Assembly: GCA_963575745.1 (NCBI GenBank)
Contig: CAUYUJ010000194.1
Location: 1-64,000 of the forward strand
DNA: 64,000 nucleotides
Direction: 5' to 3'
Source: Prorocentrum cordatum
Taxonomy: Eukaryota
Every line of letters begins with the position of its first letter. Positions within the stretch are counted from its first letter, which is position 1. A model generated the notes under the pieces. The model worked only from the letters and a program-made list of their open reading frames with translations, did not search any database and was not told the origin of the DNA. Shown in pieces: positions 24,272 to 38,250 of this stretch. A program made the position numbers and the translations under genes.

Positions 24272-25245
24272 CTCCGCCACCTCCTCCACCTCCGCCACCT
24301 CCGCCACCTCTTCCTCCTCCTCCTCCTCCGCCGCCCCCACGACCTCCGCCACCACCTCCTCCTCCTCCTCCTCCTCCTCCTCCTCCTCCTCCTCCTCCTC
24401 CTCCTCCTCCTCCTGCGCCTCCGCCTCGCGTCCGCCTCCGCCTCCGCCTCCGCCTCCGCCTCCGCCTCCGCCTCCGCCTCCGCCTCCGCCTCCGCCTCCG
24501 CCTCCGCCTCCGCCTCCGCCTCCGCCTCCGCCTCCGCCGCCTCCGCCTCCGCCTCCGCCTCTCCCCTCCCTCCCCTCCCTCCCTCCCCTCCCTCCCTCCC
24601 TCCCTCCCCTCCCCTCCCCCCTCCCCTCCCCTCCCCTCCCCCTCCCCTCCCCTCCCTACCCTCCCCTCCCCTCCCCTCCCTCCCTACATCCTTCCTCCCT
24701 CCCTCCCTCCTCCTACCCCTCCCTCCTCCCCTCCCTCCCTCCCTCCCTCCCTCCTCCCCTCCCTCCCTCCTCCTTCCCCGCTCCTCCTCCCTCCTCCTAC
24801 TCCCCTCCTCCCCCTTCTTCCTCCCTCTTCCTCCTCTTCCTCTCTTCCTCCTCCTCCTCCTCCTCCTCTCCTCCTCCTCCTCCTCCTCCTCCTCCTCCTC
24901 CCTCCTCGTCCCTCCTGTTCCTCTGTTCCTCCTGCTTCCTCCTACTCATCCTCGCCTCTGCCCGTATTCCTACTCCTCTGCTTCCTGCTCCTGCTCCTCC
25001 GGCCTCCGGCTCCTGCTCCCGGCTCCTGCTCCTGCTCTGGTTTCCTGCTCCTGCCTCCGCTCCTCCTCCTCCTCCTCCTCCTCCCTCCCCTCCTCCCTCC
25101 TCCTCCTCCTCATCCTCCTCCTCCTCCTCCTTCCTCCCCTGCTTCCCCTCATCCTCCCTCCTCCTCCCCTCATCCCTCCTCCTCCTCCTCCTCCCTCCTC
25201 ATCCTCCTCCCTCCTCCTCCTCCTCCTCCTCCTCCTCCTCCTCCG
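24272..25245. repeat. (CCT)n/(GCCTCC)n/(CCCT)n polypyrimidine tract
   Basis: Directly visible. Confidence 0.95.
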
Positions 25246-25486
25246 TCGTCCGCAATCCCGGCGCGCGTTTGGCGCGTCCAAGCCACTTGGGCACGCGTTT
25301 GGCGTGCAACCGTCTGTTCATCCTCTTCCTCCCTATTCCTTCCGTCCGCTCGGCGCGCAGCGGGCGCGTCCAGGCCTGGTTGGCGCGCCTTTGGCGCGTG
25401 CGTCACCATCTGCGCTCGCGCGCATTTGACCTGTCGCTTTTGTTTTCCTTGCCCACGCGCTTTTGGCGCATGGCTGTTTCATTTGT

Positions 25487-26170
25487 CACCGAAGCCCCCA
25501 GTGGGACCGCCCGCCTGCGCCCCCCACCCAGTACAGCGCATCGTGGCCCGAGAGGGAGCCCAACCAAAGCTCCGAGTGGGACCGTCCGCCTGCGCCCCCC
25601 GCACCCGCTTTGGCATTCTCACCCATCCAGTACAAGGCCTCGTGACCCCATACGGAGCTCCACCGAAGCCCACACTGGCACCGCACGCATGCGTCCTCCA
25701 TGCCCAATTTGGCATGTTCACCCGCCCATGGGGAGCTCCACCGAAGCCCCCAGTGGGACCGCCTGCATGCGCCCCCCACAGGGAGGTCCACCGAAGTCTC
25801 CTGTGGGACCCCCCGCGTGCGCCCCCCCCCCCCATTTGACTTTCCACCGACCCAGTATAGCGTCCCGTGGCCCTCTAAGAAGCTCCACCGAAGCCTCCAG
25901 TGGGACCGCCCGCACGCGCCCCCCACACCAAATCTGGCACTCCCACCCACCCTTTATAACGCTTCGCGGCCCCAGAAAGAGCTCCACCAAAACCCCGAAA
26001 GGGACCGCCCGCATGCGTCCCACACGCTGAATGTGGTATTTTCACCCACACCGTGCAGCGTTTCGTGGCCTCACAGGGAGCTGCACCGACGGCCCCAGTG
26101 CTACCGCCCGCATGTGCCCCCCCCCCGCCCAGCGCAGCGCGTCGTGGCCCCATGGGGAGCTTCACCGAAG
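25487..26170 (+). repeat. Minisatellite of ~50-100-bp units CACCGAAGCCCCCAGTGGGACCGCCCGCATGCGCCCC...; a lone copy at 24023-24106
   Basis: About 8 unit starts visible. Confidence 0.8.
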
Positions 26171-26795
26171 AAGATATTCACAATTGCGGTACCCACAACT
26201 TCATATGTTTGGGCCCTTCGCCAGGATCAGTAGTATTATTATGAGTCGTCTTAGTACTCTTGTTGTTTATATTATGTAACGTAATTGTCTTATGTTTCGT
26301 CACATTCTTGATAATAGGATCCTTCGTACTGTTATTAATAATATGTTGATCATATTAATAGTGTTCGCATTATTATCCTTATGTTTCGTTTTAGTTTCTG
26401 CTCATCCTTACTATCAGTCTTCGTAGTGTTCTTACTATACGTTGTTGCGTCATGGTTAATATTATACCCCTTCTTCTTCAGCAGTACATATCAATGTTCG
26501 CATTTGACTTGTTATTCTCAGTCTACGTATTAGTATGCTTAGTATGCTGCTTAATAGTACTAGCATTGTTCGTAATATTATTGTTTCTGAACAATATTAA
26601 TATCATGCGTTTCCTTATTCTTAGCATTATTCCGATTAGAAAATAATTGTCCTGTGATTTGTCTCAGTATTTCTATTACCTTTTTGAGTCATACACTTCT
26701 TTCCCTTACTAGTAATAGTATGGTGTACCATTAGTCGTGTTTATTATTACTACTATTACTATGAGTATTCGCATTAGTATTATCATCCTTATGTT

Positions 26796-26827
26796 CTCTC
26801 CTCTCTCTCTCTGTTTCTCTCTCGCTC

Positions 26828-26882
<55 letters not shown>

Positions 26883-26994
26883 TTTCCCCTCTCTCTCTCT
26901 CTCTTTCTCTCTCGCTCTGTAACCCTCTCTGTCTCTGTTTCTCCGTTTCTCTTCGTTTGTTTGTTTGCTTATCTCTCTCTCTCTCTCTCTTTCG

Positions 26995-27067
<73 letters not shown>

Positions 27068-27875
27068 CCCCTATGGATGTACTTAAGTATTAATGTATGC
27101 ATTGGCATATGTATTAATGTATGTACTTAGTTAAGTTTGATGCTTCTGTATGTAAGTGTTCCTTTATGATTTTGAGTATGCATTTCTGTGTTTCTGTGTG
27201 TGTATGTACTTAAGCATGTGTGTCTGTATACATGTATGTGTTAGTGGTGTATGTACTTACTCATTGATGCATGTATGTACGTATGTGTGTATGCATGTGT
27301 GCGTGTATGTATGTATGTATGTATGTATGTATGTATGCATGTATGTATGTATGTATGTATGTATGTGTATGGATGTATGTATGTATGTATGGATGTATGT
27401 CTGTCTGTATGTCTGTCTGTCTGTCTGTATGTATGTATGTATGTGTGTATGTGGATGTGTATGTATGTATGTGTATGTGTATGTATGTATGTATGTATGT
27501 ATGTATGTATGTATGTATGTATGTGTGGATGGATGGATGGATGTATGTATGTATGTATGTGTGAATATTTATGTTTGTGTGTATATGTGTATGTATGTAT
27601 GTATGTATGTATGTATGTATGTACGTATGTATGTATGTATGTATGTATGTATGGATGTATGTTTGTATGTTTGTATGTTTGTATGTATGTATGTGTGTAT
27701 GTATGTATGTATGTACGTATGTATGTATGTATGTATGTATGTATGTACGTACGTATGTATGTATGTATGTATGTGTGTGTATGTATGTATGTATGTATGT
27801 ATGTATGTATGTATGTATGTATGTATGTATGTATGTATGTATGTATGTATGTATGTATGTATGTATGTGTGTATG
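26796..27875. repeat. (CT)n followed by (ATGT)n microsatellites
   Basis: Directly visible. Confidence 0.97.
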
Positions 27876-29214
27876 TAGTTTTCCTGGTTTGACCACACGG
27901 GGCCCGGAAACGGCCGCACGCCAAAACTGCATCGTAGAGATCTGGGTACGCAGGTCGCACACCACATTCCGCGGCCCAGCGGAAGGGGGGATCATCGCCG
28001 CCGCCGCCGCCGCCATCGCCCCCCCTCGCTCCGTCGTGTTCCGTGCTCCTCGTCAGCCTTCGCTTCTTCCTTCTCGTTCGCCGCCTTGTCCTCCTCCGAC
28101 CTGTCCTTCGCTTCATCCTGGCGTCCTCGGCTATGCTCCGCAGCCTCCTTCGCGCGTTTCTTTTTTGTCGCCGAGCCAGGGTGTTTCCTTCGTCTCCCTC
28201 CCCGGCCGGGCCAGCCTCGCTCTCCTCTTACGGCCTCTTGCCCAGGCACGTCCGGGTGCCCTCCTCCTTGCTACACCTCTTGCGCCCACCGCGTGCCAAG
28301 TCCCCATCCAGACGTTCAGCGCCAGCTGGCCGAACGGGCTTCCTTGTAGCTGCCCTTTGCTGGCTCTCCGCACGTGCGGGCTGCTGTGGCCGCTCCATCC
28401 CACCCACCGCTTCTGTCCGACCCACACTACCCGACACACACCCGCAGTCACAGCACGTCCGCGGGCAGGGTCTACCTTGGCCACCTCGCCACTTCGCTGC
28501 TGGCGCAGCTTTTGTCCCCCATGCCGACGCCCCCACGCGCCACCCGACACTACGCAGTTGGGTCTGGTCTCCTCCGCCGCCACGATGCCTCCTCGGGCCC
28601 TGCCTGGCTTGCCAGAAAATGCCTTGCCGCACCTCGTTCGGTGCGCCCTGCCCGGTTTGCTGGCCGCGACTCTCTCAGTGCGGCCGGCACTGCTCCCGCC
28701 CTCTGCCGCCAAGAGCGCCCCCTGGCGAGATGCGCCCGCTGCCCCCGGACAGCCCCCTCCTCCTCCTCCTCCTCCTCCTCCTCCTCCTCCTCCTCCTCCT
28801 CCTCCTCCTCCTCCTCCTCCTCCTCCTGGACAGCCCTCACCTCATGTGGCCTGTCCGGCCGCCCGCTCCCCCACTGCCTCCAGCAGCTCGCAGCACGGCG
28901 TGCACCTCCCACGTGGGCGCGCGCTCTTTGCCACCGAGAGGTCCACCACTTCCCTGACTACCTACCAAACCACCCCAACCCAACCCGAAGACCCGAATTT
29001 CGGGTTGGCGGGGGTACGGGCTTCATGTGTGTCTTCTCAACGTTCCCCGACCGCCCCAACTGGAAATGGAGGGCAACTTGGGGCCTTCGGGTTGGGTTGG
29101 GGTGGTTTGGTGGGCGGTGATTCCCGCCGCCTCGCTGTCACCTCGTCCCTTTCTTGCGTCGCCCAGACCTGCTCCCCAGTGAGCACGGACTGCCGCGCCA
29201 GCCTCCTTCCTGAT

Positions 29215-29950
29215 TAGGTGTCGGCGGTTTTGCGCCCTCGTCTTCCCTCCTGTGCGTTTCCGTTTCCTGCCTCCTCCCTCACTCTTCCTCGCCTCCTCTG
29301 CGCCCCCTCTGCGTCTCCCCTGCCTCTGCCATCCTCCTTGGCCTCTCCTTGCTCCTCCTCTGCCCCTGCCTTCACAGGACCCTGGGGCGTGCGGCGGGTC
29401 CCGGCTCTCCCTCCCTGGAACCGAGCCGCCACCTCCTCGACGCCTTCTCCGTCGGTCCCTTCGCAAGTCTTTTTCAAAGTCTTCCTGCTTGATTGACCCG
29501 CGCCTCGAGTCCTGTGCCTGGCCTTTTGCGCGTTCCCCGATGAGTCTCCGATGCTTGTCCCGAGGACCCCTGTCTCCCCAATCAGTGCTTTGCGCGGCCT
29601 GGCTAGCTCTTAACCGGAAGAGGCTCGCTCTCGACCCGCAGACCAAAAATTGTCCCGAGGACCCCGTCCTTCCCGAGCGCCTTCTCTTGTCGCAGTGTGC
29701 CTCTGGGGCCCTGGCAAGCCATCCCCGCGCATTTTTCACCTCGATAGAGTCGTGGTTTCCTCTCGGGTCTTTCCTTATTGGGCGCAATTGTGCTCCCCTC
29801 GTTTTCCTTCTCTCCCTGGACTCTGGGCCCGCTCCCTCCACGTCGTTGCCTGCTCCTCCTTACCTGCCCCCTCGTGCCAGCTGTCCTAGCGCTGCTCGGA
29901 TGACGTTTTCCACAGCTATGCTGAAAAGCTCCCACTCGGCCTCCACAGAT
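29215..29950 (-). pseudogene. Possible decayed LINE linker fragment (between endonuclease and RT)
   Basis: Minus-strand peptides EAEWELFSIAVE and KDLRRDRR resemble LINE linker helices; no catalytic motif. Confidence 0.25.
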
Positions 29951-30384
29951 TTCTATTATTGATATTACTAGTATTACTACGAGTACTAGTAGAATTCTAG
30001 CATTGATATTATTGGTGGTACTTTTGCTATGATTGTGATTCTGACCAAAAGTAAAATGACCCCTAGTATGATTAACAGTATCACCGTTATTTGTAGTACG
30101 GTGACTAGTAGTATCATCACCATCATCATCAGTATCATCATTGAAATGATTACTGTCATTAGTAATTGTATTACATGTTGTTAGTGTTGTTATTAGTGCT
30201 GCTTGCGATTATACCTAGATTAGCGTTGATAACATTGTGGTTCGTAAGGTTCGTAAGATTGAAAGTCATGAGTATTACTGCTATCACTGACCATAGTAAT
30301 AAAACTCGCCTGTATTCAGTGATAGTCGCTGTGTTAATACCATTATTGTTAATGTCACCATTAGTGTTAGTATTCTGAACGGGA

Positions 30385-30403
30385 ATGACGACGACTACTA
30401 CTC

Positions 30404-30443
<40 letters not shown>

Positions 30444-30444
30444 A

Positions 30445-30497
<53 letters not shown>

Positions 30498-30517
30498 GAC
30501 CGTTGCTACTGAAACTG

Positions 30518-30557
<40 letters not shown>

Positions 30558-30570
30558 TACTACTACTGCC

Positions 30571-30632
<62 letters not shown>

Positions 30633-31325
30633 GATTCGTGATAGTATGTGTCTTATTGGGGTTACTAGTAGTACGAGGCTTGTGCGGTTTGCTGTACTGA
30701 TTGATTAATATCTTTCGTTTTCTTATCAAGATAATTATCGGTATCATTATGTATCTAATTCGTCTATTCTTCGTACAATGAACATTGTGTTTCGTATTAG
30801 TACTCCTCTTGTTCCTCTTCTTCAAACTACGATCCAGATTGTTATGAGTCGTCTTTTTCTTCGTATTAATACCCTTCTCATTATTATTAATACCCTGTTC
30901 CTTAATTGTACAAGTTGTCTTTCTTGTAATGTTCGCATCTTCCGTAGTATTGGTATTATTCTCATTCGTATTAGTATTCCTCTCCTTCATATTATCAAGA
31001 GTATGATTAGTAACATTACTGTGCCTCTTGTTCCTCTCATTATTCATCTCCTTCGTCTTCCTCGTCTTCTTTCTCATTATCATCAGCATCATCATCACCA
31101 TCGACACCACCATCACCGGCATCATCATCATAATCGCCTTCATCATCACATTCACCCTCACCATCACTAGCATTATCATGATATTCAGCAGCATCATCAT
31201 TATCGTAATCATAATGATCCTCCCCTTTATCGTCATGAGCAGCACCAGCAGCATCATCATCATCATCAGCAGCATCATCCTCATCAGCATACCATCATCC
31301 TCGACACCACCACCACCACAACCAT

Positions 31326-31375
<50 letters not shown>

Positions 31376-31632
31376 GCATCATCATCAGCATCATCATCCT
31401 ATTCATCATCAGCATCATAAACATCATCATTATTATTATCACCATCATCATCATCATTATCATCAGCATCATCATCAGCAGCATCATCGACATCATCAGC
31501 ATCATCAGCAGCAGCATCATCAGCATCCTCATCATCAACAACATCATCATCATCGTTTCATCATCGTTTCATCATCATCATCATCGTCATCATCATCATC
31601 ATCAGCATCATCATCATCATCATCAGCATCAG

Positions 31633-31684
<52 letters not shown>

Positions 31685-31685
31685 G

Positions 31686-31724
<39 letters not shown>

Positions 31725-31740
31725 GCATCATCATCAGCTC
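30385..31740. repeat. (ACT)n and (ATC)n microsatellites with decayed trinucleotide flanks
   Basis: Directly visible. Confidence 0.95.
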
Positions 31741-32199
31741 TCTCCTCCTCGTCCTGTCTCTCCTCGTCCGTAACCTCATCCTTATCTGCCTCCTCCACAT
31801 CCTGCTCGCCAACCTCCGCAGCATCATCCTACATCGCCTTTTCCTTACCTCCTCTCCGTACTCCTCCTCTTCCTCCTCCTCCTCCCCCTCCTGCGCCTCC
31901 TCCCACCACTACTGAACACGCGCATAACAAACAACACCTGTGGCAAACACCCACGCCCCATAACACACATAGCGCTAGCCTGCGCGCGAACCCACAGCAG
32001 TAAAAACAGCATGACACATAGTGCTGCGACAATCACAACCCTTGACGAGCAATTGCCGTACGCACAAACCCTCCAATAAGCCAGGCACAGGGAAGCCGAT
32101 AAACCCTCAAATCAGCAAACGCACCAAATATTCCGCGACAGGCAACATTGTCAAACAACAGCACTCCGCATACGAATCACGCTACACATGGCTACATAC

Positions 32200-33190
32200 T
32201 AACTGAGGCTCCTAAAAGTTAATGCCCGCTAGTGTCCACGAGCCTGAGAGTACGATACCAGCGACGGTGTCGCAACATCAACTGCAACGCTCTTGCCCGA
32301 AACGCCAAGCAACAACAAACCAGAACTGTTGCCCAACAGCACAACAAAACCAATGACACTAGCACATTTCTTTCCGACGCCTGCACAGCACAGAACCAGC
32401 CAAACGTGAACACAACTGAACACTTTCAGCCCGCAGCCTCCAAAACCAATAACAAATAAGCGCCAACGTGTCCAGTCAACATGCGCCCAAAAACACCACT
32501 CTGGAGTGAATAGGTAGCTGTCACTGCAAACTGTCACCTGCTCAACCATATAGCACTCCGCAAGTCCACCAACCCCTCCGCCTGCTTCACATGACATGTG
32601 AGCACACACACACACTGGGCACGAAAACACCCAACCGGAGGAACAACCCGAACTCAACCAGTGAGGCTCCAACAACTAAATGAACAGTCATGCTCATTGC
32701 AGTGCCACGGCGGAAGGACAACTGAGAACCCATGCTGCAGACGGAATGCTACCTTTCCGTATTCGCATTGCGAAACAAGATGCAACCACCCTTTTGTAGG
32801 AACGTACCCAAACTGAACCGGTGAGGCTCCGATAAATCAACGACCGCTGCTGCTGATAGAGAGCACATGTACAACACAAGCGCGTCACCCCGCATGATCC
32901 GGCCATTATGCAAACTACGAACTCCCGATGAAACAATGTAACCACTGCAGGAGAACGTATGGCATGCAGCATGTCCAACTCCACAACAATAACTGACAAG
33001 CAATGACAGGCCCACAAAGTGACCACGGGAAAACTTTTGAGCGCCACGCCGCTTCCGAGACGCGCCCCCACGAGGCATCCAGACCCAGGCATCTCGAACA
33101 AGCCGACACGGGCAACGTCACTTCCAAGAAGAACATTGTTCCATCAAGCCCACTTGCTGCATAGAAAAACGTACGACAGGACGCTTGCCG
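32200..33190 (-). pseudogene. Possible decayed LINE ORF2 C-terminal fragment
   Basis: LWACHCLSV.VVELDML resembles the post-RT LYGCE-type motif, with a frameshifted WAGH-like stretch near 32890-32908. Confidence 0.25.
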
Positions 33191-33307
33191 CGGCGCCCCT
33201 GCACCCCAACATTCCTCCTCCTCCTCCACTTCCTCCTCCTCCTCCTGCTCTTCCCCCTCATCCTCCTCATCCTCCTCCTCCTTTTTTTGCTCGTGCTCCT
33301 CCTGCTC

Positions 33308-33600
33308 CTTTCACAGATGGAAGGCTCCTTTTCTAAATATGGATCTCGTTTTGACGCCAAGCACACTTGTCTGTAAAATTAGCACAAGTTTCACGAATGG
33401 AGGGCGGCCCGTTTTCAAAATGTAGTTTTCGCCTTGGCACCGCGCGCATGTGTGTTTTAAACTGCAAGAGCTTCACGGTTGGAGGGCGGTTCCTTTTCAA
33501 AATGTGGTTAACGCCTGAGCGCCGCGCGCATTCGTTTCTGTTAAGATGCAAGAGATTCACGGTTGGAAGGCGGTCCCTTTTCCCAATGTGGTGATCGCCT
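33308..33600 (+). repeat. ~82-bp tandem repeat, 4 copies (TTCACGGTTGGAGGGCGGTCCCTTTTCAAAATGTGG...)
   Basis: Unit starts near 33310, 33390, 33472 and 33556. Confidence 0.75.
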
Positions 33601-34024
33601 TAACACCCCGACCATGCATCGTAAGAATGTGCAACAGTTTCAAGGACTACCATGGTAACGTCCTGGAGATGCTGTTTTGGTACGACGTCGGGATCTCAGG
33701 GCGCAACAGTTACGTTGATGTGTAGCGTTGGGGTCCCAGGAATGGCCTTCGGCCACGATCCTACATCGTCCAGATGCAAGAACAAAAAAAGATTCGCGGC
33801 GTTGAAATCCCAGGAATGGAGTTCTGGCACAACTCCAGATGTTCAAACGATTCTGCCAACGAAGCACTTCCGTCAGTGAACACGAACCCCTGTAGGGGAC
33901 TATGGAGAGGGAACTTGGAGGCAGGGCTTATTGCAAAATCGTTGATGAGTATTGGGTTCACGCTGGTGCTCCTCCTCTTCATACTCCCCCTCCTCTCCTC
34001 CCACATCCCCCTCATTGTCCCCCT

Positions 34025-34231
34025 CATCATGATCGACACCACCAACAACAACAACGACAACAAGAACAGCAACAACACCATCGCCAGCATCATCAGCACC
34101 ATCATTGTCAACATCCACGTCAACATCATCACATTCACAGCCCACATCATCACAATCAGCGCCATTTTCACCACGATCTGCATCACCATAAGCATCACCA
34201 CCAGCAGAATCCTCATCATCATCATCATCAA

Positions 34232-34289
<58 letters not shown>

Positions 34290-34405
34290 GTCATCATCCA
34301 TAGCATCATCATCTTCATTATCGCCGGCATCATCATCACAATCATCGTGATCATCATCACAACTACCAACATGAGCATCATCAGCATCATCGTCATCATC
34401 ACCAA

Positions 34406-34437
<32 letters not shown>

Positions 34438-34728
34438 GCAGCATCATCATCATCATCATCGTCGTCAGTTTCAGCAGCATCATCACCATAATCATCAGCA
34501 GCATCAGCATCATCAACCTGGTCATCACCATCAGCTCTAATTATCATACTCTCTATCATCAACATCAGGTGGAGAAGGAAAAGGAGGGGGAGGAGGAAGA
34601 GGAGGAGGAGGTGGAGGAGGAGGAAGAGGAGGTAAAAGAGGAGGAGAAGGAGGAGGGAGAGTAGGAGAAGGGGGAGGAGGAGGAGGAGGAGGAGGAGGAG
34701 GAGGAGGGGGAGGAGGAGGAGGAGGAGG
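34025..34728. repeat. (ATC)n then (GAG)n microsatellites
   Basis: Directly visible. Confidence 0.95.
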
Positions 34729-36639
34729 ACGGGATTGGCGGCGTGAAATGCAAGGCGGCGCAAAGTGTGGGCGAGTGCGTGGGTGATGCTGCTTGGAGGG
34801 CGTCGCGGGGCGCGGGCAAGTGCGTCGGTAATGCTGAGTTGCGCGTGGCATGTCTTCGCCGCGCTGGGCGGCGTGCTTGCCGACAGAACCTCACGCGTGG
34901 GTCTGGGCTCTGCCAGGATGTCTGGCGCGTCCCGCGCGTGGCGTCGGCGAATTCGACGCGGCGTCGCGTCGGGGCGACTCAGAGTCGCCGACGCAGGAGA
35001 TAGCTTGGGTGCGTGGCGGAATAAGCGTTTGCAGTTGAGCGTGGCTGGGCTTCGCTGTGCTGGCGCGCGCGCCCAAGCAGAGGTTTCGTTTGAACTGCAG
35101 TGCGAGAATGCTTCCACGGGACCAGAGCGTCTTGCGACGCTGCGGAGAGAGCGAATGTCGCGGCTGTGCAGGGTTGGCTGGAGACGGCAGGGCCGAGGGT
35201 GCGCGTCAGGCTGGTTGGCGCTGGGCACGCGGGCGGCAGCGCTGGCGACGAAGGGCGCGGCGGCGGTCGTGGCCGTGCCGCGGAGCGGCGTCGGGGAGCG
35301 GCGGGCGGGGAGCTGCCCGGCAGTGCATCATTCCAGATGTGAGCGATTTCAGCAGCGCCACGGATGGTGGATTTGGCGCTCAGGGCGAGGCGGGCGCCAT
35401 TGGCCGCGAGGCGCAGGGCGGCGGCGGGGGGCGCGATAGCGGTCGCAGGTCGGGGCAGGGGCGCAGGGGCGGCTGCTGGACCCCGTCGCATCATTCCAGG
35501 TGTAAACGATTTCAGAAGCGATGAGGAGGGAAGGATCGTTGGCGCCGAAGTCGAGCTGGAGGTCATTGCCGGTGAAAGGGTAGCGGGGAGGGAAGTCGCG
35601 GCGGGGGTGCGGAGGCGCGGCGGGGCAGGGGGGCTGCTCTTCTTCCCCGCGCCCTGGGCGTCGCGGATTTCAGCGACGATGATGACGGCGCGCTCGCTGG
35701 GCCCGAAGAGGGCGGAGTTTCTCGCCCGCGCAGGGGCAGCGGGGCGCGCCGAAAGCGCGGGGCCGCGGACGGGTCGCTCGCGACGGAGGCGGAGTCCAGG
35801 CAGTTCCAGCCGGATTACGCGGATGAGGACCGGCGCAAACGGATGACGTGGGGGGGGCGGGAGGAGCGCCAGTTTCGGCCTCAGAGAGGAAGCGACGCGC
35901 GCGGGAAGTGCGCCACACATGGGTGTCCGCACGGGCGCGTCAGGGGCCCGACTCCGGCGCTCGCGTCGGACAAGTTCAAGGAGTTCGCTCTGAAGGCGAA
36001 CAGGCCGTCGAAAAAATGGCACGCGCGGCACGCGATGTGGGAGGCGGCGCCGAAGATGAAGCCTGAGTTGAAGTCCATACGCGAGGTGGACGAGCACGGG
36101 CAGTTTGCTTTGTCGAACGGCGAATACGAGCAGTGCTTGAAGCAAGCGCATGGGATTTCCCAACAACAACACCCCCCCGGAAAATATGCAGCAACAAAAA
36201 CAGTAATAACCACAACAACAACAACAATCATTTTACCCTCATGCGCCATGCTTCCACATGACACATGCATCCATCTGGATAACACACCCCATCATGGGGG
36301 ATTTTTCTGGCATGCGGGATCCGATATTCCCTCACCCAGATATCCCGCCCAAGAAGGTTTGGCCACCACCTCTTCCGAGGAACTTCAACATCCATAGCTC
36401 GGACGGCACATCGCCTTCGCAATCGCCTTGCGCATGCCCCGCATCTCAGAGGGAGAGGAAGAGGAAGAGGAGGGGGAGATGAGAGAGATAGGGAGGGGGA
36501 GGAGGAGAAGGGAGGGGGAGGAGGGGGAGGAAGGATGAGTAGTTGTAGTAGCAGCAGTTGATGATATTGTTGTTGCGGCTGTAGCACTAGTAGTAGTGGT
36601 AACGGTAGTAGTAGTCCAAGTAAGAGTAACAATAGTAAT

Positions 36640-37083
36640 ATTAGTAGTAGTAGTAGTAGTAGTTAGTAGTGTTGTTGTTGTCGTAGTGTTCGTCGTAGAG
36701 GAATTGAAGTAGCAGTAGTAGCAGTAGTAACCAAAATAGTAGTAGTACTAGTATCAATAGTAGTAATAGTAGTACTAGTAGTACTAGTAATTCGAATAGT
36801 TTTCAGTAGTACTAAGTAGTAGTAGTAGTAGTAGTAGTAATAGTTGTTGTTGTTGTAGTAATAGTAGTAGTAGTAGTAATAGTAGTAGTAGTAATAGTAG
36901 TAGTAGTAGTAGTAATCGTGGTAGTGGCAGTGGCAGTAGCAGTGGCAGTAGCAGTAGCAGTAGCGGTAGCGGTAGTAGTCGTAGTAGTAGTAGTTGCTGT
37001 AATAGTAGTAGCTGTAGTACCTGTAGTAGTAGTAGTAGTAGCAGCAACTGCAATATGAGTAATAGTTGTGGTAGTAGTAGTAA

Positions 37084-37119
<36 letters not shown>

Positions 37120-37199
37120 CAGTAGCAGTAGCAGTAGCAGTAACAGTAGTAGTGTAAGTAGTGGTAGTAGTTGTTGATGTTGTAGTTGTAGTTGTAGTT

Positions 37200-37238
<39 letters not shown>

Positions 37239-37250
37239 TAGTAGTAGTAA

Positions 37251-37321
<71 letters not shown>

Positions 37322-37380
37322 TAGTAGTAGTAGTAGTAGTAGTAGTAGTACTTGTTGTTGTCGTTGTTGTTGTTGTAGTA
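36640..37380. repeat. (TAG)n microsatellite
   Basis: Directly visible. Confidence 0.97.
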
Positions 37381-37386
37381 ACAGTA

Positions 37387-38250
37387 ATCTGCCACCGTGC
37401 CCTTGGCGCGAACTGGAATGCCCCAAGGCTCACGCAGCTGCGGTGCTGCAGCCGGGATTCTAAATAAATACCTAGGGGGTCGGAACCCAGGTTTCCCGGG
37501 CGCTCCTGGGCGCTCCCGGGCGTTCTTGGGCGCTCCTGGGGCTTCTCGCGTGGCTTGTCCGAAATCCAAAAATCTCCGAAACGGGCCAAAAGAGCTCCAA
37601 GAAATCCCCAAGGCGGTCCAAGAAGGACTCGCGACGCCCAAAGATCGCTCCAAGGTACCCAAGACGGCCGCAGGACGGCCCAAGAGGCACCCAAGACGCC
37701 CCATGACGCCTCCAAGAGCACTCCGAAAAGAGCCCCAAGAGGCCAAATTCGTCAAATTCATATGGGAAATAATATATTTTGAGCACATACGATTTGTCGG
37801 CCCTCACGGCGTTGAAGACGGCCCAAGAAACCCCCAAAGACCCCGCCAAGACGGCCCAGGAGGCCCCGAGGACGGCCAAGGAGAGCCACAGGACGGCCCA
37901 AGAGGCTCCCAGGACGGCCCAAGAGAGCCCCAAGACGGCCCCAGGAGAGGCTCAAAAAGGGGAGCCCGAACCGAAAATCCGAGCCCTCCGCCCCTGGAGG
38001 CGCCCAGGACGCCCCAAGAAGCTCCCCAGAGGCCCCAAGAAGCCCCCAAAAAAACCCAAAGACGCCCCACCCCCCCCCCCAAGAGGCCCCAAAACAGCCC
38101 CCAAGAGGCCTCCACAAACGGCCCCCGAAAGTCTTTGACGCTGCCTCAAAGAAGCCCCCGAAAAGCCTCCCAAGACACCCCAACGAACATCCCGTAAGCC
38201 TCATACCCTCAACCCAGGCACGGTGGCGGGATGGGCCGAAGGCCAGCAGT
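37387..38250 (+). mobile_element. Non-autonomous Helentron/Helitron2-like element
   Basis: Asymmetric inverted repeat GCCACCGTGCC (37391-37401) / GGCACGGTGGC (38217-38227), followed by hairpin GGCC-GAA-GGCC (38234-38244); (TAG)n on both sides. Confidence 0.65.

Noticed and set aside
34740..36170. Host gene in GC-rich overlapping ORFs (e.g. 35843-36397)
   Set aside because: No recognisable domain, and the ORF runs into an AAC tract and repeat module; at most a gene fragment.
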